In this document: in pieces, positions 29,419 through 39,784 of the stretch
Layout of the letters: each line of letters opens with the position of its first letter
Numbering within the stretch: position 1 is the first letter of the stretch
DNA from: Candidatus Latescibacterota bacterium
GTDB taxonomy: Bacteria > Latescibacterota > CBDEFO01
Length of the DNA: 64,000 bases
NCBI GenBank assembly: GCA_965237525.1
Contig: CBDEFO010000006.1
Location: forward strand, 320,001-384,000
Direction: 5' to 3'
Notes under the pieces: model-generated
What the model saw: the letters and a program-made list of their open reading frames with translations, nothing else
Database searches by the model: none
Told to the model about the DNA's origin: nothing
Translations under genes and position numbers: made by a program

Positions 29419-30257
29419 TAAATTTTGTTAAAATGAGCGGAGCCGGAAACGATTTCATCGTCTTTGACAACCGCGACGGTAACCTTCCAGAGGATCGGGA
29501 AGTCTTTGTAAGGAGGATCTGCCAGCGGCGATTAGGGGTAGGGGCAGACGGCGTTCTCTTTGTCGAGGATAGCCCATCTTTCGACTTTAAGATGCTCTAT
29601 TACAACGCTGACGGGGGAGAAGCAGAGATGTGCGGAAACGGAGCAAGATGCGTCTCCCGATATGCCTATCTGGGTGGCATAGCTCCCCAGAAAATGACTT
29701 TTGAGACAGCGGCCGGGCAATATGGCGCAGAGGTAAAGGGAGAGAATGTGAAGCTGGCCATGGTGGATCCCTTTGATATTGAACTAAACTTCAAACTGGA
29801 GCTTGGCATCGGCAGGGTGAACGCAAGCTTCGCCAATACGGGCGTCCCTCACGCGGTCATCTTTTTAGAAAACGTGGAATCGGCAGATGTCTTCAATCTG
29901 GGAAAAGAGGTCAGATATCACGAAAGATTCCAGCCGAAGGGCACAAACGCTAATTTTGCTCAGATCCTTTCTCCGGATCGGATCAGGGTCAGAACCTACG
30001 AAAGGGGCGTGGAGGACGAGACACTCGCATGCGGGACTGGCGCAGTCGCCGCCGCTGTCGTAGCGGGGCTTTTGAAAGATGTGGCTCCGCCCGTGGATGT
30101 GATAACGCAGAGCGGAGGGACCTTGAAGGTAGACTACAACGTCGAAAATGACAAGGTCAAGAACATCTTCTTAGAGGGCGACGCTGTGATTGTATTTGAA
30201 GGCAAGTTGACTAATGAGATCCTTCAGGGGATAGAAGTTCCATCTTATCCCTCTTAA
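29415..30257 (+). CDS. dapF: Diaminopimelate epimerase
   Basis: KMSGAGNDF, EMCGNGARC, TGVPH, ERGVEDETLACGTG. Confidence 0.97.
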   Translation: MINFVKMSGAGNDFIVFDNRDGNLPEDREVFVRRICQRRLGVGADGVLFVEDSPSFDFKMLYYNADGGEAEMCGNGARCVSRYAYLGGIAPQKMTFETAAGQYGAEVKGENVKLAMVDPFDIELNFKLELGIGRVNASFANTGVPHAVIFLENVESADVFNLGKEVRYHERFQPKGTNANFAQILSPDRIRVRTYERGVEDETLACGTGAVAAAVVAGLLKDVAPPVDVITQSGGTLKVDYNVENDKVKNIFLEGDAVIVFEGKLTNEILQGIEVPSYPS

Positions 30258-30339
30258 CCCCAATAATTCTTAAAAAAAGGCAGTATATTAATTAAGTGAT
30301 TGTATTATATTATAGTTATGTCGTTTAACCACCTTCGGT

Positions 30340-30480
30340 GTCATTGCGAGCCGAAGGCGAAGTAATCTCGATTCTGTGGTAGATGTAATACTCTCTGGCT
30401 CTCATAGGAGACCACTATAAAACCTTGAGATTGCTTCCCCGATAGACTCAATCGGGGACCGCTTTGCTCCTCGCAATGAC
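30340..30480. repeat. GTCATTGCGAG...GAAGCAATCTC-type REP-like inverted pair, with a 21-bp palindrome inside the right arm
   Basis: GTCATTGCGAG at 30340 and CTCGCAATGAC ending at 30480; related copies near 36276, 40070-40131, 48023-48189, 49460 and 55010. Confidence 0.7.
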
Positions 30481-30518
30481 TCCACCAAGTTTATGAATTA
30501 ATCGGGCTATAAAACTTT

Positions 30519-31115
30519 ATGCCGAAAAATATCCACGTCATCAAGCGAGCGCTGCCTAAAGATCTTTGCCGCCGGATCGTCGAACGGTATGAAAGCGACG
30601 GGGAAAAGGTCTTCGAGGACGGAAGCGATTACGCCCTGCGTCACAGCGTGCAGGTCGCTCGGCGCCCCGAATGGGAGGATCTGGAGGGCGAGCTGAGCGA
30701 GCGCATTGGAAAGCTTGTCGACGACTATCTCTCCAGTTATCCGGACGCCTGGGCACCGGTCCAAGAAGGGAAGCGCCGTGTACTCCGTCTTCCCCGTTGG
30801 CGCGTCTCGGGACTTCGGGTTTCACGCTACGACATCGGGCAATCCTGTGCGATGCACTTCGACGGGCCGATGAAGAGACCGGGCCATTACCTGCGCCTGG
30901 CGACCGTACTGTTCTTCCTCAACGACGTGAAGCGCGGCGGCGAAACCTGGTTTCCCTCGCAACGCAAGCTGATCAAGCCGCGCGCCGGCGCGGCGATCGT
31001 GTTTCCTCCAACGCTGCATTATCCCCACGCATCCCGCGCGCCGAAGAGTAGCCCACGCTATATCGCGCATGGCTGGGTCACGTACCAGGATCTGAGGATC
31101 GCGAAGGAAAGTTAG
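30519..31115 (+). CDS. 2OG-Fe(II) oxygenase (prolyl-hydroxylase-like)
   Basis: HxD (HFD), LFFLND...GGETWF, YPH...RY; visibly GC-richer than its neighbours. Confidence 0.82.
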   Translation: MPKNIHVIKRALPKDLCRRIVERYESDGEKVFEDGSDYALRHSVQVARRPEWEDLEGELSERIGKLVDDYLSSYPDAWAPVQEGKRRVLRLPRWRVSGLRVSRYDIGQSCAMHFDGPMKRPGHYLRLATVLFFLNDVKRGGETWFPSQRKLIKPRAGAAIVFPPTLHYPHASRAPKSSPRYIAHGWVTYQDLRIAKES

Positions 31116-31618
31116 GCTTTTAAGACTCGGCGCCTCAAGATTGATATCCTTTCCTTTCCCTAATGAGCATTCAAGAAAGAGCGGGAACAACCATCTGGGA
31201 GAAGATCGTCGCCTGGCTCGACACGTCGTGGCCCGGCTGCCGGCGCGCCGAGAGCGGAGCTCAACCGGAGCACTTATAATCCCGACACGACGCGCGAGCA
31301 CTGTCTGCAGCGGGTCTCGGAGCGCGTGCTGGAGGGGCTATGGCATCGAGGAGATGAGGGGCCCCCAACGGGGAGAAGGCTTCCGCGCCTGTGGGAAGAC
31401 TCGCGCTCAACGACTAGATGCGCGTGATAAAGGGATTGTCGTTTCTTGAGGAAACGACGAGCTGAAGCTCATCTGCGAAACCGCGGTGTCCGGCGAAGGC
31501 GTCAGGAATTGATCACGAACTACGAGAGCTGGCAGGTGCGTCTGTGCTGAAGAAAAGGGGAAAGGGGACAGCGACCTTTTCTGTTGACAAAATTAAAGAC
31601 TGTCCATAGAATTGATGT

Positions 31619-31693
31619 GTGCCAAGACAAGCAAGAATCATTATCTCCCACGAAGCTTACCACGTCACTCAGCGGGGAAATTACGCCATGTGA
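31619..31693 (+). pseudogene. N-terminal remnant of a Y1 (RAYT / IS200-like) HUH transposase
   Basis: GTG start, MPRQARIIISHEAYHVTQRGNY then a stop; preceded by palindromic AAAGGGGACAGCGACCTTTT. Confidence 0.7.
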
Positions 31694-31927
31694 CCTGCCC
31701 CCCGAAAACTGTACCAGAATTCGTAATAGAATCATGCTACCAGAAAGATGTGAGAATTGGAATGGGAAAATTCGTGGTGTTAATTTAAAAGTGGTACAGC
31801 TCTATATAATTTATTTTTTATCGCCGACAAAATATTTTAGAATAAAACGTGCTTTTTAACGATTGATATGTTATATTCCCCGTGTAAAGAAAATTAAATC
31901 AGTTAAATCTACAAAAGGAGGTGTAAG

Positions 31928-32176
31928 ATGAAACGAGTTTTCAAAGTATTAAGTGTTCCCGTTGGTTTGCTCCTCACGGCAGGTTTATACTTGCTTCCTT
32001 CTGCTCATTCTAAACCCCGTGAGGAAAAGGTCCTGATTTGTCATAAACCCGGGACAAGTGCTGAAAAAGAGCTGCTGGTGGCAGCAAGTGCAGTCGACGG
32101 ACATTTGGACCCCGGTGATTTTATCGGCACATGTGCTGATAACCCTGGTAACCTCCCTCCCTCCAAAGGACTTTAA
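31928..32176 (+). CDS. Small secreted protein
   Basis: Strong RBS AAGGAGGT; signal peptide; KVLICHKPG...HLDPGDFIGTC. Confidence 0.7.
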   Translation: MKRVFKVLSVPVGLLLTAGLYLLPSAHSKPREEKVLICHKPGTSAEKELLVAASAVDGHLDPGDFIGTCADNPGNLPPSKGL

Positions 32177-32293
32177 TAAAGAATAAATTTCTGGTGACAG
32201 GCACGGATTATTTTAACAAGCGTGCCTGTCACTATTCTTTATAGCAAATCGAATATTTCCCCTGCGAAGTCTGCTCCATCCTCTTGTTAGGCA

Positions 32294-33436
32294 TTATCTA
32301 CTTTTCTCATTTACTGAGAAATTTGGTATAGAGGGATACTTATCTAGTAAATAGAGGTACAACACAGCCATAGAATCTTGGTCTTCAGATGATGTATTAT
32401 TGTAAACACTAACTATTTCATACTCATGATCGGGATAAACAGGGATGCCCTCATCACTTGAGAAGTAATCTACGTGCTCTAATCCAATTTTAGCTGATGC
32501 ATTTCGGGCATGACTTTTGAAGAGTGTTTTTTCTTCTGTTAAGTCAACTAATTCTAACGATTCGGCAAAGGGGTGCAGGTGTACGGCAATATAATGGATG
32601 GTTGTATCAAAAGGAATATTCATGATGGTGGTAACACGCGTATGATTTTCCTCTCTGCCTGGTTTCACCACCCAATGTCCTGTAAATATACGTGCCTGTG
32701 GATCCTTAAGAGTATGCTCTGAAGCATTTAGACCAGGAAGGCATCCTGGTCCATGTGGTTTTTCATCAGAACTTTTTACTCCAAAATGACCATCCTGGCC
32801 TTCGAGAAGCTTCAGGCCGAAGGCCCCGCTTGTAAATAAAGGTCGAAAAGGTATCTTTGTATCCCTGTCGCGAACGAAATTAATTTTGACCTCATGTCTT
32901 ACCTCTATGGATTGGTTTTCAATGTTCAGATTTAATACTTGAGTTGTTAATGACAGTGGCTGGTCAGACACTACCGGGATAGCAAATCCTTTAGGGAATT
33001 GAATAGAAAATTGACCTTGCGAAAGTGTAAATAATCGTTCATCGCCATAGTTACTTTGATGAGGGTTTTCACGATGAGAACTAGGGTTAAAATCTAAACT
33101 ACTATGACACATAAATTCTTGAGACATAGGATCAAGCCCATCGCCGCTTTTCATGACGGCAGCATATCCTGTTACCCAAAGAAGCTCTGGGGTATCACTT
33201 TCAATAAGATATATCTTCTGCGTACTCTGTGGGCCCTTCATGGATTTGTATTTTTGATTAATGAAATAAGGTTTTGAGAGTACGACTTTAGTTTGGATAT
33301 CGTAATTTGTTTGGTAAGTTGGGACTTCATCTGTTAGCCCAACATTGGTATGGGCTAAAAGGCTGACAAAGGTGATCCAAATCAATTTATGGCTTTTCAA
33401 TGGTGTTCCTTTCATATGGAAAGGCAGCAAAGGCAA
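32294..33436 (-). CDS. Hypothetical secreted protein, possible copper-monooxygenase-like fold
   Basis: FMCHS, IAVHLHP and SVYNN...DSMA resemble the His/His/Met copper-site pattern; start uncertain. Confidence 0.55.
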   Translation of the reverse strand: MPLLPFHMKGTPLKSHKLIWITFVSLLAHTNVGLTDEVPTYQTNYDIQTKVVLSKPYFINQKYKSMKGPQSTQKIYLIESDTPELLWVTGYAAVMKSGDGLDPMSQEFMCHSSLDFNPSSHRENPHQSNYGDERLFTLSQGQFSIQFPKGFAIPVVSDQPLSLTTQVLNLNIENQSIEVRHEVKINFVRDRDTKIPFRPLFTSGAFGLKLLEGQDGHFGVKSSDEKPHGPGCLPGLNASEHTLKDPQARIFTGHWVVKPGREENHTRVTTIMNIPFDTTIHYIAVHLHPFAESLELVDLTEEKTLFKSHARNASAKIGLEHVDYFSSDEGIPVYPDHEYEIVSVYNNTSSEDQDSMAVLYLYLLDKYPSIPNFSVNEKSR

Positions 33437-33443
33437 TCATCCC

Positions 33444-35257
33444 TCAGAGATTCTGTTTGGCCCAGATCAGAAAGCTGAGAAGGAGCTTAGGTCCAGGTGC
33501 ATCCCAAAGCGCACTGTCAGACCCTAGCGGCTGATCAGGTGGCGGCAGGACTTCGTCAAACACACTGCGGTTGAAATATGTGTTGGCATACTGCCGGTGT
33601 TTCTCGGCCTCTCGTCGCACGGAAACCCATCCCGGATTATTGAAATTCCAGATGCGGTAGTAGTAACGCTGTTCTTTCCTTATTCTTCTCCCATCTCGAC
33701 CCCTAGAAAGACCAAACCGGTTTAAGAGCGATTGCAGCCATAACTGCAGCAACGGACCTGTTCCCAATAGCAGAGGCGTTGTTTCATAGCTGTTGCGGTC
33801 CAGCGGCAATGATGCCAGTTTTCTGAAGCGTGAGCAGAGGATACTATCCTGTAGCCGACGCTCGGCCAGGGAAGCGGCTGGCATGCCGCCGCCGACATCC
33901 AGCAATGCAAGATCACAAAAGGGTAACACCGGCCAAGCCGAGAATGAGCAGACCCAGGCCATGCTGCCCACTTGGAACCGCTCCTGATGCTCGAGACTAA
34001 AATAAAAAACCCGTTGGGCTTCATGCTCCGAGGTGCCATTGTACAACTCCTGGCAGCGGGCAAGCGTCTCATCCACTAGATCACCAAACACCTCTCGACG
34101 CAGCAGACTCCGTAAAACGTTTAGCGGGACACCCCTCCAGTTAATGCTTTCAAAAAGCCGATCAAAGGACAATTTCCCCCTCTCTTTCGAATAGGCAGAA
34201 ACAATGTTAGATCCACCGACAATGGCGTCGGACAAGGCCCCTAGCACAAAACGCGGGGCGGTTCCTCGAAATTTTTCATAAGCCGACCAAGCTGTAACAT
34301 TGTTAAGGCCGTTTGCCAAATGTTCCCATTGAACACTCATTTGCATGCAACGCGCATAGTCAGTGTAGTCGACGTCAGTGCATTTGTGCTCGAAACCGAG
34401 ACATTCCGCGACACGACGCGCGCACTGTATGTCGATGTCGGTAGCTTGACCAAAGGTCAAGGCAATGACATCGGCGTTGTTTTGCTTGAGATAACCCCCC
34501 AGCATACGGGAATCACGTCCTCCCGACAAGAGTAATCCTACGCGTTGGGCACTGGTCACATAGCGTCGCACAACGGCGTCCAGTGTATCGTGCATAAGTT
34601 CCGTGTGCGCCGAAAACGGGAGGTCATAGTATCTCTCATTGATAGCGGACGCTCAAATTGCACGATTTCCTTAGCTTCCGTTTGTTTTTGCCAATACAAG
34701 ATTGAACGGGATGACAAGCGGGAAACGCCGCGGAAAACTGTTTGACCATCAACAAGCCCGTTAGTAAGCAGAATCCCTACCAAGCCAGCGGGATTCAATT
34801 CCAGTCTGAATACAGGATGGTGACGAAATAACTCGGGACTGGATCCCAGCAATAACACTTCGTCAGTTGCGTAGTAGTACACTGGAAACAGCCCTAACGG
34901 ATCCGCTCCGATGACGATTCCACGCGATGATTTATAAACAAGACTGACATGGAAACCGTCACAAACCTCTAGAACTTTTTCTTCTACGGGGGCGAAGTGG
35001 GCGCGTATCTTTTTTGCATCGAGCTGAACGCCTGTGCCCTGTTGTATAGCTTCCCCCAGGATGACCGAGAGCCCCTCATCGTCAGCAACAGAATCAATAG
35101 GCGCGGACTCATGGGCAGCCCATATCACACAACAGTCCCCGGCGTTGATTTGGCCATCAATCAAACCATCAACGAGCGGCAGCTTAGGCTCGACAACACG
35201 AACAAATCGCTTTCGTCGATCAACATCAGGATCGATCACTCCAATAAAATTAGCCAT
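33444..35257 (-). pseudogene. Asparagine synthetase-family protein, split by a frameshift near 34600
   Basis: N part (34556-35257) ADPLGLFPVYY; C part (33444-34595) LLLSGGRDSR, PFCD. Confidence 0.75.
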
Positions 35258-35512
35258 ATGCTCCTAACCTTCCCCCTAAAACTGTACCAAAGTTCGTGAT
35301 ATAATCATACTATCAGAAAAGTGAAGGGGAAGAATCTCTTATGGAAGATCCTTCGTACTCGATTTCCTTATAATCTTAGATGAAACGAGTACAGTGCCCG
35401 CTGCTGCTTACAAATTTAAGGAAAGCGAGTACGTCACAAAAAGCGTTCCTCAGAATGGGCAGTGGGTTAAACGAATGCTTATACCTAATTTTCCCTATCT
35501 ATTTACCTATGA

Positions 35513-36217
35513 TCAAATTGCGTTAAATCCAGAAGTTTCTGAATTATGGCAGTTAAATACTCTCCCTATACTTTCGATCACGCTGTCCTCTACGTCCTGC
35601 ATATTGACGCTGGGAGAAAGTTGCTCCATCGAAATGGCATCGCATGCGTCTATCCCGCAGGGATTAATGTACTTAAACCCCTCTAAGGCCTCCTTTTTCA
35701 CGTTCAGGGCAAAACCATGAAAGGTCACCCACTTTCTGACGCCGACCCCTATTGAGCATATCTTTTTATCCTCACTGAGTCGACGTTCGACCACCCACAC
35801 GCCCGTCAATCCCTCTTTCCTCTTTCCTGCGATTCCAAATCGGCTCAGAGATAGCATGATAGCCTCTTCTATCTTTCGCAGATAGAGGTGCAGATCCCTT
35901 TCCTCATCTTCCAAACGCAAGATAGGATAGCCCACCAGTTGCCCCGGACCGTGATAGGTCACATCCCCACCTCTGTCAGTCCGGCAGAGAGGTATCCCTT
36001 TCAAGTCCAGTACCTCCTTCGGAACCAGGACATTTCTATCTTTGCCTCTATGTCCCAGAGTGATCACGGAGTTGTGCTCGCACAGGATCAAAGAGTCGCT
36101 GGAGTTATCGGGATTCGCTATCCTGCTTCGGACAATTTCTTGCTGAATTTTATACGCGTCGTCAAACGATATAGTGCCCAGTCTGATGACGTGAAATTCT
36201 TTCATCGGAGATCTCAC
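35513..36217 (-). CDS. lipB: Octanoyltransferase
   Basis: CEHNSVITLG, DRGGDVTYHGPGQLVGYPI, KKICSIGV, HGFALNV, INPCG. Confidence 0.96.
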   Translation of the reverse strand: MRSPMKEFHVIRLGTISFDDAYKIQQEIVRSRIANPDNSSDSLILCEHNSVITLGHRGKDRNVLVPKEVLDLKGIPLCRTDRGGDVTYHGPGQLVGYPILRLEDEERDLHLYLRKIEEAIMLSLSRFGIAGKRKEGLTGVWVVERRLSEDKKICSIGVGVRKWVTFHGFALNVKKEALEGFKYINPCGIDACDAISMEQLSPSVNMQDVEDSVIESIGRVFNCHNSETSGFNAI

Positions 36218-36388
36218 AATAACGGGATCGAAAAAAGTTGAGTGGAAGGTGCATGTGCCCTCTTTATCTTCTACGAGATTGCTTCGCTCCCCCGACCCCC
36301 AATTGAATCTCTTGGGGGCTGAATCGGGGACTCAAGCAAGGAGAGGAGTCCACTGACTGCTGTCTTTCTACTTGTTATCCTCTTCCCC

Positions 36389-36760
36389 CTAGGGCCAGGG
36401 CTTGAACCACTGTACGATCTCGATCCTGTTGCCGTCGGGGTCTGCTACGAAGAAGCGGTCGGCTCCCGGGATTGGAACCGTCTCTTGCACTTCTACTCCT
36501 TTCTCTCGAAAGACATTCCGTGCGTTTTTAGCGTCCTCCACTTGCAGCGCTAAATGACGGGGAGAGATCGTATCTACACGATCTTTCGGCATGAGATGGA
36601 TATGCTCTTCCCCCACCTGAAACCAGACCACTTCAAACTCAAACGTAGAGGGTGTGGGTATCTCCTCTAAACCTAATACCTGTGAGTAAAACCGCGATGC
36701 CCTTTCTAAATCCGTCACTACGATAGAGCAGTGATGTAAGCCTGTGCAGGAAATTTCCAT
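36389..36760 (-). CDS. VOC/glyoxalase family protein
   Basis: LHHCSIVVTDLERASRFY...DPDGNRIEI. Confidence 0.9.
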   Translation of the reverse strand: MEISCTGLHHCSIVVTDLERASRFYSQVLGLEEIPTPSTFEFEVVWFQVGEEHIHLMPKDRVDTISPRHLALQVEDAKNARNVFREKGVEVQETVPIPGADRFFVADPDGNRIEIVQWFKPWP

Positions 36761-36955
36761 GTCCGGGTCTCCTTATGTTCTGCCCCCATGGGATAAGAAA
36801 ACAATTGGACAAGACAGTAAGAAGAAAGGATAGGGAATCCTCCCCTGCTTGTCCAATCTCTGCTGAATATTCCTTAGATCCCTTCCCCCACTGCGCGGCT
36901 TGCTGCTACCCCGGCAAAGCGGAGACTTTGTGCTTTGCCCCCACGTTCGTATTCG

Positions 36956-37003
36956 TAGGGGCAGGGTAACCCTGACCTTGGGGCGAGTGAACCTCGCCCC
37001 TAC
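36956..37003. repeat. GTAGGGGCG...CGCCCCTAC-type REP hairpin
   Basis: Related copies at about 27772, 39934, 41006, 41121, 41222 and 49396. Confidence 0.65.
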
Positions 37004-37014
37004 ATTTAATTTAA

Positions 37015-37127
37015 GGTTGTAAGGGCAAGAAGGTACTCCAATGTGTGACAAATTCTTGAGAAGAGCAACCTTTCCAAATCACAACTGAACAACTGTCTAG
37101 CGCTCTCATTTCATTTGATATTCAACC
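37015..37127 (-). mobile_element. Orphan left end of an element related to the 1304-bp IS
   Basis: 37108-37127 is identical to 20 bp of the IS left IR (GGTTGAATATCAAATGAAAT) and abuts a CTAC heptamer run; the inner sequence differs. Confidence 0.6.
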
Positions 37128-37131
37128 ACCA

Positions 37132-37163
37132 CTACTGTCTACTTTCCTATACTGCCTACTTCT
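37132..37163. repeat. CTACNNN heptamer run; representative copy
   Basis: CTACTGT CTACTTT...; similar runs near 1851, 10134, 11457, 14900, 27751, 27836, 36352, 42853, 47226 and 47986. Confidence 0.65.
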
Positions 37164-37610
37164 TTATAATAAGCCTTCCTTAAGGGCCTCCTGAGCTGTT
37201 TTTCCCCCTGCCATCTTAATTATCTCCACATCGTAGTGATCTGCGATTTGAGCTACAGTCTTGATCGTAGCCTCGAACTCGTTTTGATCCATGTTCACCC
37301 CAGCTATCGAATGGCTAAACTTTATGGTATCGTCAAAAGTCAGCGAGAAGGCCCCAAAGTGGATGTTTGCGTTCTCGTTGAGGAGATAACGCATCAGATC
37401 CTCCGTTATAGTTGCTTCGTAGACCAGGAAGCTGAAGCAGTCCACTATAGCGTCATCTTTGTGCCAGGCCCTCACAAGGAGTTGAACCACGGTAGTCCCC
37501 ACCATGATAATATACCTGCCGTCCTCGAACTTTTCAAACTCATCCCCGTGGGTCCCCTCTAAATATTCCTCCACCCTCTTTGTCACCTTTTCCAGGATGT
37601 CTTCGGACAT
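37164..37610 (-). CDS. YbjN / T3SS-chaperone-like protein
   Basis: LMRYLLNENANIHFGAFSL...VAQIADHYD pattern. Confidence 0.65.
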   Translation of the reverse strand: MSEDILEKVTKRVEEYLEGTHGDEFEKFEDGRYIIMVGTTVVQLLVRAWHKDDAIVDCFSFLVYEATITEDLMRYLLNENANIHFGAFSLTFDDTIKFSHSIAGVNMDQNEFEATIKTVAQIADHYDVEIIKMAGGKTAQEALKEGLL

Positions 37611-37688
37611 TCTTATCCTCCTCCTTTTTGAGTCGATATGGATGTTCGTAGAGCTGGGTTCCCCAGCACTACATTTAATTCAGTAAGG

Positions 37689-38789
37689 CTATAGGAGATG
37701 ATCTTGCCCACGAGTGAGCCATTCAATATCGAACTGCGATAAGGTCAGCTTCTCGTAGGGATCCTCTTTGCCTGCTTCGTAAAGACAGCAGATGCTCATA
37801 TCGGGGGAAACAGCCAGGTCTGAATATGCAGAAGGACCCTCGCAGAGCAACCTGGAGACGGACCAGGTCCGGCACTCATCGTAGCTGACCCTGACCGTCA
37901 TCTTCTCCCTTTCGGTGCTGGCAGGATTCGAAAAGAGGACACGATTCTTGTCGTGGCGGCCCACCTGTGCCAAGCGAGCTAAACTGCCCTGGCACATCGG
38001 TTCAACGAGTGTTTCATCCCAGCCTAACTTTGAGAATGTCTGGCCGTTGTCGTAGCTCCATGCGTATCCGCGCCTCTTGGCGCCTCTGTAGTTGCGACAA
38101 TTGATATACACAGCACCGTCGCCGGTCTGGACGACTGCAGATTCGTTCGTGCCCTCATCCACAATTCCGCCGATCTTCCAACTTTCACCGTGGTCATCGC
38201 TGTAGATTATGTGCGAATGATAAGGATCGTTGCGATTGAAATTCACCCCCACGATGTGGTCGCAGGGGATCACCATCCTCCCATTTTCAAGTTGAATTCC
38301 ATGTCCGGGTCCCGTCGCATACCACGTCCAGGAGTCGTCTTTCACGTCCTGGGTGATCTCCTGTGGTTCAGCCCATGTTTCACCGTCGTCCGCGCTCTTG
38401 GTGATCCAGACCGTGCGCAGCGCTTTACCTTCGACAATCATGCTCTCAGGCCCATCCCCCAGGTTCTTGCAGAAGGGCAGCCAGATCGTGCCGTCGCTTC
38501 GATCTACGACCGGACACGGATTCCCGCATGTCATATCGCCGTCGGAGACGACAAGCTGCGTATCCTGCCATGTCTTCCCGCTGTCGAAACTCCGCTTCAA
38601 CAGGAGATCGATCTTGCCCGCATCGTCCCTTCCGTACTTTCTCCCCTCGCAAAAGGCCAGTATCGTCCCCACAGTGGAGACCACAAGGGCGGGGATCCTA
38701 TAAGTATGGTATCCTTCTTGACCCCCTATGAAGAGATCCCTCTGCTTGAGACGACCGCTATCTTCGGTCGGTATATCCTTTTCTGTCAT
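37689..38789 (-). CDS. Exo-alpha-sialidase (GH33)
   Basis: YRIP motif, several Asp boxes, TGPGHGIQ, NES, SAYSDL. Confidence 0.9.
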   Translation of the reverse strand: MTEKDIPTEDSGRLKQRDLFIGGQEGYHTYRIPALVVSTVGTILAFCEGRKYGRDDAGKIDLLLKRSFDSGKTWQDTQLVVSDGDMTCGNPCPVVDRSDGTIWLPFCKNLGDGPESMIVEGKALRTVWITKSADDGETWAEPQEITQDVKDDSWTWYATGPGHGIQLENGRMVIPCDHIVGVNFNRNDPYHSHIIYSDDHGESWKIGGIVDEGTNESAVVQTGDGAVYINCRNYRGAKRRGYAWSYDNGQTFSKLGWDETLVEPMCQGSLARLAQVGRHDKNRVLFSNPASTEREKMTVRVSYDECRTWSVSRLLCEGPSAYSDLAVSPDMSICCLYEAGKEDPYEKLTLSQFDIEWLTRGQDHLL

Positions 38790-38874
38790 CTCTTTTTCTC
38801 CGCGACGTGCTGACCGGGCAAATTCGCCGAGTCGTCCTGATCCTTTTTCAGATGTCTGTCACTTGGGCGAGACG

Positions 38875-39558
38875 CTAAAACTTTTCTCCATCTGCCGGCG
38901 CGATGCATTCAGGCGAATCGTTCAGCGGATTATTGACAAAGTGTGACACAGGATAAGCGGTCATGTCCTCAGCGGGGTACGGGCCGAGAAGTTCGTCCAG
39001 CTCATCGGGACGTCGCTCCTGAGGGTCGAGCCAGCTCTCGTAAGCTTCTGGCTTCAGGATAGCCGGCATACGGTTGTGAATCTGTTCCATCATCTGATTG
39101 GGTTCGGTTGTGATAATCGTACACGAAAGGAGAGGAGCATCGTCCCTTGGTCGCCACATTTCCCATAGCCCTGCAAAGGCAAAGGGAGTTCCAGACTTCA
39201 ATCGAATGTAAATCGGCACTTTGGTCTTGCTCCCCGGCTTCTGGCGCCACTCGTAGAATCCGTCTGCCAGGATTAAGCAACGGCGTCGCAGATAGGCGGT
39301 TCGGAAGGACGACTTCTCAGATAGAGTTTCAGAGCGAGCGTTGATCATACGATAGCCGATTTTGGGATCCTTCGCCCAGGATGGGATCAAGCCCCATCTG
39401 AAATCTTCCACTTTGTTCTGGCCGGTATTTGCAACTACAGCGACATTCTGAGATGGGGCGATGTTGTATCTGGGCTTAAACTCGTCTGGCATCACAAATT
39501 CGGGAAAAGCCTCCATCACATCAATAGTGTCCGTTGCCAGTGAAAATCGTCCGCACAT
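38875..39558 (-). CDS. SOS response-associated peptidase (SRAP / YedK, abasic-site crosslinker)
   Basis: N-terminal MCGRF, RYNIAP, WGLIP, INARSE, GFYEW, IHNRMP. Confidence 0.95.
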   Translation of the reverse strand: MCGRFSLATDTIDVMEAFPEFVMPDEFKPRYNIAPSQNVAVVANTGQNKVEDFRWGLIPSWAKDPKIGYRMINARSETLSEKSSFRTAYLRRRCLILADGFYEWRQKPGSKTKVPIYIRLKSGTPFAFAGLWEMWRPRDDAPLLSCTIITTEPNQMMEQIHNRMPAILKPEAYESWLDPQERRPDELDELLGPYPAEDMTAYPVSHFVNNPLNDSPECIAPADGEKF

Positions 39559-39755
39559 AGCATCTCCTCTTAATCCTCTCTCCTATGCCGCCGAGAAGCG
39601 GTGTCGTCAGGAGGCATGTGGAGCTGGTAGAATCCTTTAGTTGACATCTGCTACGCAGGCCTGAAGAATGACTGCCTCAAAAGAGCCTTATCCCCAAGTC
39701 CCTGGGGTTATTCTCCTTTTCAGATCGCCCGAACTTAATAGACCGATGGATTAGG

Positions 39756-39784
39756 AAGATACAAAGAAAAATGTTAGATGTCAA
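39756..39784 (-). promoter_or_regulatory. Putative sigma70 promoter of the SRAP gene
   Basis: TTGACA-17 bp-TATCTT on the minus strand. Confidence 0.5.

Noticed and set aside
31141..31520. Possible toxin (BrnT-like) remnant after the 2OG oxygenase
   Set aside because: There is only a vague resemblance across broken frames, which I cannot support by eye.
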